Assembly: GCA_963678065.2 (NCBI GenBank)
Contig: CAXXVZ010000005.1
Coordinates: forward strand, 544,001 to 608,000
Direction: 5' to 3'
DNA: 64,000 bases
DNA from: Treponemataceae bacterium
GTDB lineage: Bacteria > Spirochaetota > Spirochaetia > Treponematales > Rectinemataceae
The first letter of the stretch is position 1. Every line of letters starts with the position of its first letter. This document shows, one piece after another, positions 1-9,517 of this stretch. The translations under genes were made by a program, and so were the position numbers. The notes below the pieces were generated by a model that made no database searches, had not been told where the DNA came from, and was given only the letters and a program-made list of their open reading frames with translations.

Positions 1-1767
1 ATCGAGTCCGATGTTGCGGCAGACCAGATCCTCTCCGACCATCGAGCACATCTCGTTGAGCCAGGCCGGCTCGGAAAGTCCCTGGGCGATGCTCTTCACG
101 TTGAAGTGGATCATGTGCTGGTACTCGTGGGCGAGCGTCGAAAGCACATAATTCTGGTATTTGTCGGTAAAATGCGCATCGACATAGAAAATTTCGGCAT
201 AATTCGTTCTGGGGCTGGTCGATGAATAACCGAGATCGGCTTGGCTGTAGTAGTCCTTGCCCCAGAAATACCCGAGAGTGCCGCCAGTCTGCGTGGAGAC
301 ATAGTCTTGATCCACATCGTAGACGAGTATGGATATGTGCTGGTCTCCGTCGCGTCCGCCCGAACCGCCAGGGCCGCCGCCATACTCATTGCCGAAGATC
401 GTGCTGACATTGAGGTAGATTCCGTCCTTGTATGAATTGGCCGGTGTCCCGTCGAATTTGTCCCGAAGCGCTGCGGCCTGGGCTGAAGTAATCATGTCGT
501 CGTCATTGGCGGCGGAAGTATTGCTGTAATTGGCATCCGCGACCCAGATGTAGCAATACCGGCCGACGGCGCGCAGAGTCGCTCTCGACTGGAACCAGCT
601 CTTGTCCGCCGCCTGAACCCAAAAATACTTGTATGAAGTATCGACGCTCAAGGCGGGATCGGCGGAGCCGTAGCTGATCGTGGAAGACCTGCCCGGGGCG
701 AGGTCTTTTGATCCCGATCCGCCACTTCCGACCGGAGGCGGATTCGCATTGAAGGCGGCGGCCTCGGCATGCTCGAAGCGGAGCGGGCGTCCAGGATCAG
801 GGATCTCCGGAGCCTCGGGTTCGACGAGAGAGCGGGAATACGGGACCTTTTCCGAAACGGAGGAGGCCGAACCCGTCGTCGCCGCCGAGGCGGAGGCGGC
901 TGCCTGGTTGGACTTGACGAGGTAGAGAGAATGCCCCGCGGCTCCGGTGACGGTGAGCGTCTTCGAGGACGCACCGGCGAAGTTCACCTGACAGACCGGC
1001 CAGGAAGCATTGTAGGCGAAGGTCGACGCGGCGTGGCTTATGCTGCGGTCGAGGGTTTTAGCCGAGGTGTAGCCGGAATAGACTTGGACCGCCTCGGTGA
1101 GTGTCTCCTTCACTGATCCTGATTTCTTCAGCTGGATGGAGAGGACATAGTTGCCCGCGGGCTTGGTGGCGAGGTAGCGCAGGGAGTTCCCGCCCGCTGC
1201 GATAGCGAGCGAGAGGGTCTCCGCGCTTCCCCCCACGGGAGTCAATGTCCCCGTCGCCGCGTCGTAGTCTGAGGCGACTTCCCAGTTCACCGTCACATCC
1301 ACGCTGCCGTTTCCCGCGATACGCTCGAGATAGACCGTCTGGGAAGAAACGGAATCTGCGGAAACTGCGGCAGTGAAAATTGTGGACGCCACGAGGTGGC
1401 CCCCCGAGTTGTATCCGTAGACGGCGATTCGCCATCCGCCCATGATAAGGCCGGAGACTCTGAACGAGGTGGCAGAAAAAGGAGAGGAGACAAAACTCGC
1501 GCCTTCGTTTTCCGATCCGATCCCGATGCCTTGAACGACGTAGTCGGTGATCGTGTAGGCGGAAGCGTCGGAGGGAAGGATCGTCTTCGCGCCTTTCTCG
1601 ATAGCGAGTTCGAGGGTCCCGCGCCCTGCGGACCCGTTTCCGGAAGCTTGCGTGCCGCCCACAGGCGGAACGCAGGCCGCGAACAGGGCGACGGTCGCCG
1701 CCGCGAGCAGAATAAAAAGAGGAACAAAGAATATCCCTGGGCGCCGGTATCCGGTCAAGTTTTTCAT
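1..1767 (-). CDS. Lipoprotein with C-terminal peptidase M30 (hyicolysin)-like zinc metalloprotease domain; runs off the window start (missing from the ORF track)
   Basis: Manual translation from ATG 1767 gives MKNLTGYRRPGIFFVPLFILLAAATVALFAAC (lipobox). The same frame near base 1 reads STLAHEYQHMIHF...WLNEMCSMVGED (HEXXH plus downstream NExxS). Confidence 0.8.
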   Translation of the reverse strand, partial: MKNLTGYRRPGIFFVPLFILLAAATVALFAACVPPVGGTQASGNGSAGRGTLELAIEKGAKTILPSDASAYTITDYVVQGIGIGSENEGASFVSSPFSATSFRVSGLIMGGWRIAVYGYNSGGHLVASTIFTAAVSADSVSSQTVYLERIAGNGSVDVTVNWEVASDYDAATGTLTPVGGSAETLSLAIAAGGNSLRYLATKPAGNYVLSIQLKKSGSVKETLTEAVQVYSGYTSAKTLDRSISHAASTFAYNASWPVCQVNFAGASSKTLTVTGAAGHSLYLVKSNQAAASASAATTGSASSVSEKVPYSRSLVEPEAPEIPDPGRPLRFEHAEAAAFNANPPPVGSGGSGSKDLAPGRSSTISYGSADPALSVDTSYKYFWVQAADKSWFQSRATLRAVGRYCYIWVADANYSNTSAANDDDMITSAQAAALRDKFDGTPANSYKDGIYLNVSTIFGNEYGGGPGGSGGRDGDQHISILVYDVDQDYVSTQTGGTLGYFWGKDYYSQADLGYSSTSPRTNYAEIFYVDAHFTDKYQNYVLSTLAHEYQHMIHFNVKSIAQGLSEPAWLNEMCSMVGEDLVCRNIGLD

Positions 1768-1779
1768 GTCTGTCCCGCC

Positions 1780-2733
1780 TTACTTGCTGAAAGAATACTC
1801 TTCGGAGAAGCTGACGCCCCTGCGGGTGGCTACGCCGACCAGCCGGTGAGTTCCCGAACTCAAAGATGAGGGCGAAAGCAATACACTGTTGGTGGTGATG
1901 GAATCCTGCAAAATTCCGTCCAGATACCATGAAAAGGCTGTTGTGGAAGTGAGGGCATCGTCGCCCTGGATCCTGATGCCGAACCCGCCCGTAGCCGACC
2001 CGCCATGCCAGGGTCTGATCCTAAGCTTGACCTTCTGCGCGTATGGCACGGAGACAGAGACGCCGGTCGAATATCCGCTATCCGAGTCGGCGGCCCAGCC
2101 GTCGACCCGCGTGACACCATCCGAAAGGAAGGCCCCGACTTCTATATCGGCATTGTAGAATTTCGCGGAATCCGGGGCCATGGACCCGTCGTAAAGATCG
2201 TCCCAATAGACTGTATACGTTTTGCCCGCCAGAGCTGAAAAACTGAGCCAGATATAATCGGAACTGTCGACCCGCCACGTGGTCCACCCGTTTATCGGAA
2301 GTTCAGGTCCGAGCCCCATGGAAACGAGGGTTCCACCCGACGATGCCGGACGCGTATACAGCCTCGACTCTTTCGGCGTCGACTCGATGACTGTATCCGT
2401 CGATCCCGTGGCTATCCACCTGGCGTAGAAAACGAGATCGTGGGCAGGCATCGGATAGGCGGCGCCGGGAGGGATCGGGGAGCCATATCCATCGGAGGAG
2501 GTGCTCCAGCCCCGAAACGCGAAGCCGGTTTTGACCAGATTGCCGGTGTTGCCCAAAACGGTAATTGTATAGTTGTATGGGTACGGTGTCGGGTCGACGG
2601 GAACTGCGCCGCCGGTATTGCCATTGCCCGAGTAGGTGACCGTATAGGTCGCGACGGGCGCAAGGGGATTACCGCAGCCCGCGAGAATCATGAAAAAAAC
2701 AAAAAATACCGAAAACGCGAACGCTTTCTTCAC
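1780..2733 (-). CDS. Lipoprotein with InlB B-repeat (Listeria-Bacteroides repeat) domain
   Basis: Signal peptide with ILAGC lipobox; YTVTYSGNG...KTGFAFRGW...FYARW repeat signature. Confidence 0.75.
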   Translation of the reverse strand: MKKAFAFSVFFVFFMILAGCGNPLAPVATYTVTYSGNGNTGGAVPVDPTPYPYNYTITVLGNTGNLVKTGFAFRGWSTSSDGYGSPIPPGAAYPMPAHDLVFYARWIATGSTDTVIESTPKESRLYTRPASSGGTLVSMGLGPELPINGWTTWRVDSSDYIWLSFSALAGKTYTVYWDDLYDGSMAPDSAKFYNADIEVGAFLSDGVTRVDGWAADSDSGYSTGVSVSVPYAQKVKLRIRPWHGGSATGGFGIRIQGDDALTSTTAFSWYLDGILQDSITTNSVLLSPSSLSSGTHRLVGVATRRGVSFSEEYSFSK

Positions 2734-2859
2734 GGCCTACAGCCTCCATCTACGGTTTTCTTCTATTGTACCATGCCTTCTGGGAGGTGCGACAGTTATA
2801 TGGATTTTTTTTAAACCAGACAAAGACAGCACATTTCCCGCGACGAGGGCTCTTCCTCA

Positions 2860-5800
2860 TCATCCGGCAATCTCGAGTCTCGATCCGGACCTGCCCTTTG
2901 TGACGACGATCTGGGAGGGGATGCGCGAGCGCAACTCGGCGACGTGGGAGACGATGCCGATGACGCGCGCTCCACGGATGCGGTCCAGCACGTCGAGGGC
3001 GCGGTCGAGGGCCTCTTCGTCGAGGGAGCCGAAACCTTCGTCGATGAAGATCGCGTCGAGCGACACGCCTCCGGAGCGGAGACGGATGGTGTCGGCCAGC
3101 CCCAGGGCGAGGCTGACCGCCGAAATGAAGCGCTCGCCGCCGGAGAGGGTTCCGGCCGGGCGCGACTGGCCGGTATAGGAATCCCGCACGAGGATCTCGA
3201 GCCCGATCCGGCCCTGTCCCCGCGCGCTTCCCTCGTCGGCCACAAGAGTGTAGCGGCCGTCCGACATCTCACAGAGGCGGAGGCTCGCGTGCCGCACGAC
3301 AGTCCTGAAATACATGCCGAGGACGAAGCTCTTGAAGGGCAGTCGCCTGCCGGCCAGGTTGCCGGAAAGCAGTTCGGAGAGGCCGTGAAGCGCGGCAGAA
3401 CGCTCTCCCGCCTCTTTCCGGCGGGCGGCCAGATTCCGGAGCTCCGCAACGAGAGCAGAGAGGCGCTCGACCCTGATTCCGGCCTTCTCAAGCGATCCGC
3501 GCCGCTCTTCCGCGAGGGCGGCCGCCTCGGCGACCTGATTTTCGAGGGCCGGCAGGTCGGGAAGCGAGGCCCGGTCGGCGCCGGCCTCCTGACCGAGGGC
3601 TTCGACCTCGGCCCTGGCGGCCGCGATGGCTGTCGCGTACGCGGAGGCTTCCGTCTCGAGCCGGGCGAGCGCGTCTTCAGGGAGGAAGGCCGCCCTCACC
3701 CTGTCGCGGCGGGCAAAACCGCGCGCGATCACCGCGGATTCTGTCTGCGAGACGAGGATCGCATGTTCCTCTTCAAGCGCGGCGAGGCGCCGGGCGGCGG
3801 CGGCCTGCATAGCCCGGGCGCCCGCGATTCGACCTTCCCAGTCCTCCACTGACTTGTCGATGCGCGTCAACTCGGCTTCCGCCAGGCCGCGCTTGTGGCG
3901 GAGAGCTTCGATCCGCGGCGAGGGATCGGCCCCGCCAGAGTGATCCGAGGCCGCGTTCCGGCTCGCCTTCGCGGAGGCGGATTTCTGCATGGCCACGGCC
4001 AAGGCCCCGGCGGCGGCGGACAGGGAAAGGCGCAGGGAAGAGAGCTGCAGAGTCAGTTTTTCGGCTTCGACCTTGCGCGTTTCGAGGTCGTCAACCTTGA
4101 GGCGCAGAAAGGCCTCGGTTTTTTCCGCGGCCACGAGACGCTTTTTCGCCGCCTCGAACTCACCCGCGGGGTCACTCAGGGTGGCTTCGACCCTGTCGAT
4201 GCCGGGACCGGCGAAGCTGCCGGGATCAGGAGCGCCGGTTCCGGGCGCCAGATCAGGAGACGGGAAGGCGGCGTAGAGCGAGACCGCCTGTGCGAGCGTT
4301 TTCCGGTTTTCCCCGAGGAGCTTCCGCGCGGACTCAAAGGAGGTGCCGGCCGAGGCCTGGGCGGCGAGGGCCTTGTCCAGAGCCGCTTTAAGCTTGATGC
4401 GCTCGGCCTCGGAGACGCCTTCTCCGGTTCCGGCCGCCGGCGCCGGGTGGTGGAGAGAGCCGCAGACGGGGCATGGCGCGCCTTCCTCGAGTTCCCTGGC
4501 GAGGCCGGCGGCCCGATCGCGCAGGAAACGGGACTCGGCCAACTCGAAGGCGAATCGCGCCTCGTCGAGTTTCTTTTCAGCCCTGGAGACTTCGAGGCCG
4601 AGCCTCGCCTCCTCCCTGGCGGATTGCTCCGCCTTCGCGGCCAGGGCGACGAGTTCTTTGGCCTGACGGAGCCTTTCGACTGCTGTCTGCCGCGCCACCG
4701 CAGCGTTTCCGAGGGCCGCGCGGGCCGCCGACTCGGTCGCCGAATCCACGGCGAGCTCCGCGAAGCGCGCCACGAGGCCGGCTTCCTGCGCGATGCAGTC
4801 TTCGTGCACCGCGCGGGCGCTGCGCTCTTCCGCCTCGGCTTTCCGGCAGAGGGCATCGGCCTCGACGAGTTTTTTCCAGGAGATGAGGGCGGACTCCAGC
4901 TCCCCTCTTTCCCGGTCCAGAGACTGCAACTCGTCGGTCAGGGCGAGTCGCCGCGCCTTGGCCGCGTCCACGGAGGAACCTTCGGTCTCGAGACCCGCGA
5001 GCGCCCGGACGGCGAGCGCGGATTCTTCCCGGGCCTTCGCCAGAAGGAGGGCACTCCGCTCTTCCGTCTCGATGGCCGGCAGGGCTGCCGCGGCGGCGCG
5101 GGCGGTCGCTATCCTGTCGAGTCGGGCTTTCGCCCCGGCGCTTTCTTTTTCGAGAACAGCGAGCCTCTCCCGGGCGAGCCGGGCCTTCTCTTCACGGGCG
5201 CAGGCTTCGCGCGCGAGACCAAGGGCGAGCCGCTTCGAGGACAGAGCCTCGGTCGCTTCGTCGGCGGCGGTCTTGAGCTTTGCACTTTCCGCGAAGAGCG
5301 CGGCGAGACGGCCCTCAGGATCCTCTTCCGCCTCCACGGCGCGGCGGGCGATTTCGTCGTCGAGATCCCTGACGGCCTTCGCCGCGTCCCTGTCCTGCTC
5401 CCGGGCGAGCTCGGTGACCGCGCCGTGAAGCGCCACGGGGAAAAGCTTTTCCAGGACCTGCACGCGCTCGGGCGATGGCATCTGAAGGAATCGCTGGAAT
5501 TCCCCCTGGGGCAGGAGGATGATCTTGGAGAACTCGTCGACGGTGAGACCGATCCGCGACTCGATGAGCGCGTTCGCGTCCCTGATGCTGTCGGCGCGCA
5601 GAGCCCATCCGCCGCCTATCTTCTGGTAGACGCAGGCCTCGGGAGGGACATCGGCGAGGCCGCCGCCGCGCTTGGGGCGCCTGTAGGGAGGAACGCGGAT
5701 GGCCCGGAACTCCTCGTCTCCGAGAAAGAACTCGAATTCGACGAGGGGCTTGTCGCCGGGAGCGGCGTGCTGGGACCAGAGCTGGGATTCGAGCCCTTCG

Positions 5801-5973
5801 CGGGAGCCCGGCACTTTTCCGTAGAGAGCGTAGGTCAGTGCGTCGAAGATTGTCGTTTTTCCCGAGCCGGTCTTCCCGCAGACAAGAAAAAACGGACCGA
5901 GCTTTCCGAAATCGATCTCGGCCCTCTCCCTGTAAGCGCCGAAGTTGGTCATCGCGAGCCTAGACGGCCGCAC
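2860..5973 (-). CDS. sbcC: SbcC (Rad50-like SMC ATPase)
   Basis: Walker A GKTGSGKTT, LPQGEFQRFL, long coiled coil, CPVCG zinc hook, LSGGE, FIDEGFGSLD; probable GTG start at 5973. Confidence 0.93.
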   Translation of the reverse strand: MRPSRLAMTNFGAYRERAEIDFGKLGPFFLVCGKTGSGKTTIFDALTYALYGKVPGSREGLESQLWSQHAAPGDKPLVEFEFFLGDEEFRAIRVPPYRRPKRGGGLADVPPEACVYQKIGGGWALRADSIRDANALIESRIGLTVDEFSKIILLPQGEFQRFLQMPSPERVQVLEKLFPVALHGAVTELAREQDRDAAKAVRDLDDEIARRAVEAEEDPEGRLAALFAESAKLKTAADEATEALSSKRLALGLAREACAREEKARLARERLAVLEKESAGAKARLDRIATARAAAAALPAIETEERSALLLAKAREESALAVRALAGLETEGSSVDAAKARRLALTDELQSLDRERGELESALISWKKLVEADALCRKAEAEERSARAVHEDCIAQEAGLVARFAELAVDSATESAARAALGNAAVARQTAVERLRQAKELVALAAKAEQSAREEARLGLEVSRAEKKLDEARFAFELAESRFLRDRAAGLARELEEGAPCPVCGSLHHPAPAAGTGEGVSEAERIKLKAALDKALAAQASAGTSFESARKLLGENRKTLAQAVSLYAAFPSPDLAPGTGAPDPGSFAGPGIDRVEATLSDPAGEFEAAKKRLVAAEKTEAFLRLKVDDLETRKVEAEKLTLQLSSLRLSLSAAAGALAVAMQKSASAKASRNAASDHSGGADPSPRIEALRHKRGLAEAELTRIDKSVEDWEGRIAGARAMQAAAARRLAALEEEHAILVSQTESAVIARGFARRDRVRAAFLPEDALARLETEASAYATAIAAARAEVEALGQEAGADRASLPDLPALENQVAEAAALAEERRGSLEKAGIRVERLSALVAELRNLAARRKEAGERSAALHGLSELLSGNLAGRRLPFKSFVLGMYFRTVVRHASLRLCEMSDGRYTLVADEGSARGQGRIGLEILVRDSYTGQSRPAGTLSGGERFISAVSLALGLADTIRLRSGGVSLDAIFIDEGFGSLDEEALDRALDVLDRIRGARVIGIVSHVAELRSRIPSQIVVTKGRSGSRLEIAG

Positions 5974-7306
5974 GTTCGGCCTCCCCCACAAGTTCGCGGA
6001 ACAGCTCCGCCACGGGTTCTGCGGGCTTTGCGCCCCGCATCTCTGTGTAAAACTCCATAAAATCCGCGAGAACGGCCCGGACAGGATCGAGCGCAGCTTC
6101 CGCGCCGCCCGGCGCAGGATTCTCGTCAATCGCTCTTTCTCCTCGCGGGGGTTCATTCCCTGCTTCGAAGGCTTCCTGGCGGACTGACAGGAGGTTCGGA
6201 TACCTTTGACGCAGGAGATCGCGGGGATTCAACACAGGTTCGGGGTCGGTGAGAACCGCCTCGATATAATCGAGGGACTCGACGCTGTCGAGGCCGCTGG
6301 AGCCGACCGGAGACGGTGGGGCGAGCCCGGGAAGGAATCCCGCTTCCGCCGCCTTTGACGGTCCGGCAAGGCCTGATTGCCCGCCGTCGCCGGCAAGCTC
6401 GACGGAACTGCCGCGGATCTTCCGCATCCGATGCAGGGGGCTGAAGGGGATGAAGTCGACATTCAACCTCTTTCCCGACAGCTCGATGTACGCGAAGCCT
6501 TTCTCCTGGCCGGATTCGCCGAAGCTGTACGCGAGAGGAGAGCCCGGGTAGCGGATGCGCCCCGATCCTCCAGGCGTCTGCGGCCGATGAAGATGCCCAA
6601 GAGCGACATAATCGAATCCTGCGAACAGGCCGAGGTCCACCTGCTCGGCCATCCCGACAAAGCTCCGCTCCGAATCGCTCGATGCGGCCCCCGCGACAAA
6701 ACAGTGGGCGACAAGGATGTTGGTCATCGCGGGGTCCATGACCTTTCTGATGCGCGAAAGTGCCTCGAGCATGAGTTCGGACTGGGATCGGGGAGCCGCG
6801 CCTTCATCTGGGGAATCGCCGCCGGCCTCCTCCCCCTCTTCCGCTCCCTTCCCCTCTTCCGCCCTCTCCCCAGCCTCCGGATACCGGAACGAGCCCGGCG
6901 TGAGGAAGGGAAGAGCCCAGAAAAGTGCGGTCTCTTTCTCCTTCGTCACGGAAATGGGGCGGTCGCAGTCCTCCGCGGATGTCCGTATGTGAAGCCCCGA
7001 CCGCGCGAGCAATCCGGCGCCGAAAGAGAGACGGGCCGCCGAATCATGGTTGCCGGGGATGAGGATGACGGTCGTTCCCGGAGATCTCCGGTACAGGTCC
7101 ATGAGGAAGGTATCGAAGAGCCGCACAGCATCGGGTGGAGGTATGCTCCGGTCATAGATGTCGCCCGCTATCACGAGAACCTCGGCGCCACGCTTCGTGA
7201 CCGCTCCGGCGAGGCCCTCCAGCATGTGTGCCTGGTCTTCCGAGATGTCGCGCTCGTGAAGGGTCTTCCCGAGATGGAGGTCTGCTGTGTGGATGATCCT
7301 GATCAT
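5960..7306 (-). CDS. sbcD: SbcD (Mre11-like nuclease)
   Basis: HTADLHLG, AGDIYD, GNHD and LGHLH phosphoesterase motifs; directly upstream of sbcC. Confidence 0.93.
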   Translation of the reverse strand: MIRIIHTADLHLGKTLHERDISEDQAHMLEGLAGAVTKRGAEVLVIAGDIYDRSIPPPDAVRLFDTFLMDLYRRSPGTTVILIPGNHDSAARLSFGAGLLARSGLHIRTSAEDCDRPISVTKEKETALFWALPFLTPGSFRYPEAGERAEEGKGAEEGEEAGGDSPDEGAAPRSQSELMLEALSRIRKVMDPAMTNILVAHCFVAGAASSDSERSFVGMAEQVDLGLFAGFDYVALGHLHRPQTPGGSGRIRYPGSPLAYSFGESGQEKGFAYIELSGKRLNVDFIPFSPLHRMRKIRGSSVELAGDGGQSGLAGPSKAAEAGFLPGLAPPSPVGSSGLDSVESLDYIEAVLTDPEPVLNPRDLLRQRYPNLLSVRQEAFEAGNEPPRGERAIDENPAPGGAEAALDPVRAVLADFMEFYTEMRGAKPAEPVAELFRELVGEAERAAV

Positions 7307-7382
7307 TGTCGCAAGCCTACCGGCGACCGAAGCGGGGGTCAAGGCGCCGGACAAAACCGCGGCCATGCGGTATACTCTCCTC

Positions 7383-7853
7383 ATGGAATCGACGAAAGCG
7401 CATACAATCCGCCGCGTCGCCAGGCCGGCGGCCCTCACTATCGCTCTGGTTCTCTGCGCGGGACTCGCGTCCTGCTTCTCCGCGGCCAAGGCGCAGAAAA
7501 GTGAAACCCCCATGCTGCACGACATCGTGGTATCGGAGAAGGACAACGGCAGGACTGTCGAACTCTACAAGGGCAGTCTTGTGGAGATCCGCCTCGAGGG
7601 CAACCCGACGACAGGCTATGCCTGGGCGCGCGGCGCGGAGACAGAAAACGATCTTGTCCTCAAGGCCCTGGACGAACCCGGCTACACTCCCTCGAAACCA
7701 GCTCTTACAGGGTCAGGCGGCACATTCGTATTCAAGTACATGGCTGCCAACCCGGGCGTGGCCAGACTCGTCTTCGGCTACGCGCGGTCGTGGGAACACG
7801 TTCCTCCGCTGAAAACCTGGACAGTGACCGTCAAGGTCAACGATGTCCACTGA
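7383..7853 (+). CDS. Chagasin-family (I42) cysteine protease inhibitor lipoprotein
   Basis: LASC lipobox; NPTTGYAW, GSGG and YARSWE loops. Confidence 0.85.
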   Translation: MESTKAHTIRRVARPAALTIALVLCAGLASCFSAAKAQKSETPMLHDIVVSEKDNGRTVELYKGSLVEIRLEGNPTTGYAWARGAETENDLVLKALDEPGYTPSKPALTGSGGTFVFKYMAANPGVARLVFGYARSWEHVPPLKTWTVTVKVNDVH

Positions 7854-8526
7854 AAGAGGGAAAATCCCTCTGCCCCAGGACAGCCCTCACGAGCGGCATT
7901 ACAGCGCCGGCGAAGAGATCGCGAACGCCGTCAGCCACGGCACGGGCGCCATACTTTCCGTGGTTGCCCTCGTCCTGCTCGTCGTCGCCGCCGTCCTCAA
8001 GGGAACCGCACTGACTGTCATGGCCTATTCGGTATTCGGCGCATCCCTCGTCATCCTGTACACGATGTCGACGGTCTACCATTCCCTGTCGCGAACGAAG
8101 GCCAGGCGCGTCCTCGAGATTCTCGACCACTCTTCGATCTACATTCTCATCGCCGGAAGCTACACGGCGTTTTGCCTCTCCGCCCTGCGCGGTCCCCTCG
8201 GCTGGACGATCTTCGCCGCGAGCTGGACCCTCGCCCTCATCGGCATCGTCCTGAAAGCTCTCTGGTTCGAGCGCTTCCCCCGGCTCTCGGTCGTCGGTTA
8301 CCTCGCGATGGGCTGGCTCATCGTCTTCGCCTTCAAGCCGCTCGCTCTGGCGCTGCCGGGCAGGGCCCTCGCGCTCCTCGTGGCGGGAGGACTCGCCTAC
8401 AGCGTGGGAACGATCTTCTACGCCCTGAAACGCGTCCGCTGGTTCCACGCGGTCTGGCACCTCTTCGTCCTCGCGGGCTCGACCTGCCACGTCCTGTCGG
8501 CGATTTTCGCGCTGACCATGCGGTAA
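7843..8526 (+). CDS. Hemolysin III / PAQR-family membrane protein
   Basis: EEIANAVSHG, STVYH, LDHSSIYILIAGSYT, HAVWHLFVL; about 7 TM segments. Confidence 0.92.
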   Translation: MSTERGKIPLPQDSPHERHYSAGEEIANAVSHGTGAILSVVALVLLVVAAVLKGTALTVMAYSVFGASLVILYTMSTVYHSLSRTKARRVLEILDHSSIYILIAGSYTAFCLSALRGPLGWTIFAASWTLALIGIVLKALWFERFPRLSVVGYLAMGWLIVFAFKPLALALPGRALALLVAGGLAYSVGTIFYALKRVRWFHAVWHLFVLAGSTCHVLSAIFALTMR

Positions 8527-8665
8527 GGCTGCAACGCGTTGATGCTCTATCCAGCAGGCCCATTTTGCGGAGCGAGGATGACGAGGCACTCTGTTGCGAG
8601 ATCGGTATGCTCGGGGATTGCCGATCGTGGATTTGTCCAGTCGTCGAGCACGGCCTCGAGAAGTG

Positions 8666-9253
8666 TTATTTCAGGTCTATGGCGATGGAATCGGATGTAC
8701 AGACGATGCCGACGCAGCCGATGATCGGCGGATAACCACTTCGCAACAGGAGCGAACTGTAGCCCGTAGTGTATTGTCTGGTGTGCGGATCTTCATATGC
8801 TGTTCTCGTCTTGAGCTGTCGGAGGGCTCCGTTTTCCACGACCCAGTTTCTCATGTTTGCGGACCCTGTTTTGTTCGTTCCCGAAGCCCAGAGCGTCCTT
8901 GTGGCGAGTGCATCGGAAGTCTCGGTCCACGCCGATGCCGGGGAAGTCAGTTTTGTTTCCACATCGACCAAAGCGAAGAGAACGATCATGGAATCGCGGT
9001 CGATGAGCAACATGGTCGTCGTATCGATGAATTCGATATCGAAGCGCCACCCTGCGGGCATGTTTTTTACACGGACGTTCAGAAAATACTGGATAGTATT
9101 CCCTCCGTACAAGATGGCTGCATCGTGGCCGATGGTTTCATACGGATCGAGTACATGGAAGAATACTTTTTTAGACTGGACAACCGAATCCTTGACTTGG
9201 TCCACAAACCATCGCCCCAGTCTATCCTGCTCGTCGGGCTCTCCGGTGCCACG
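8666..9253 (-). CDS. Lower-GC hypothetical ORF, probably a 5'-truncated gene fragment
   Basis: 179-aa ORF from GTG 9205; frame stays open upstream to a stop at 9254-9256; no evident RBS; abuts the mrr remnant. Confidence 0.35.
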   Translation of the reverse strand, partial: RGTGEPDEQDRLGRWFVDQVKDSVVQSKKVFFHVLDPYETIGHDAAILYGGNTIQYFLNVRVKNMPAGWRFDIEFIDTTTMLLIDRDSMIVLFALVDVETKLTSPASAWTETSDALATRTLWASGTNKTGSANMRNWVVENGALRQLKTRTAYEDPHTRQYTTGYSSLLLRSGYPPIIGCVGIVCTSDSIAIDLK

Positions 9254-9276
9254 TCAAGGAAAGAGCGAACATGCTG

Positions 9277-9503
9277 CTTTTCGAGGAGCTCGTCAGAAAG
9301 GTTCTCGGTAAGCTTTTGGTAGCCGTACTCGAGAGCTTCTTCCGGCGTCGAATGTACAGAGTGCTCCTCCCCCTGATCCTCTATAGCCCTCTTCTGAACT
9401 GGTTGGAAAGCTTATCGACTGCCTCGGCCATGCTGTGCTCTTCTCCATCGGAGGCGAAGACCAGAAGGGGCAACATACAGGATTGGTAGTCGGGGATGGC
9501 CAC
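9277..9503 (-). pseudogene. mrr: Mrr (type IV restriction endonuclease) remnant
   Basis: RBS AAGGAGG then GTG 9503: (M)AIPDYQSCMLPLLVFASDGEEHSMAEAVDKLSNQF, stop at 9381. A shifted frame gives STPEEALEYGYQKLTENLSDELLEK. No catalytic domain follows. Confidence 0.8.
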
Positions 9504-9517
9504 AGGAGCCTCCTTCT

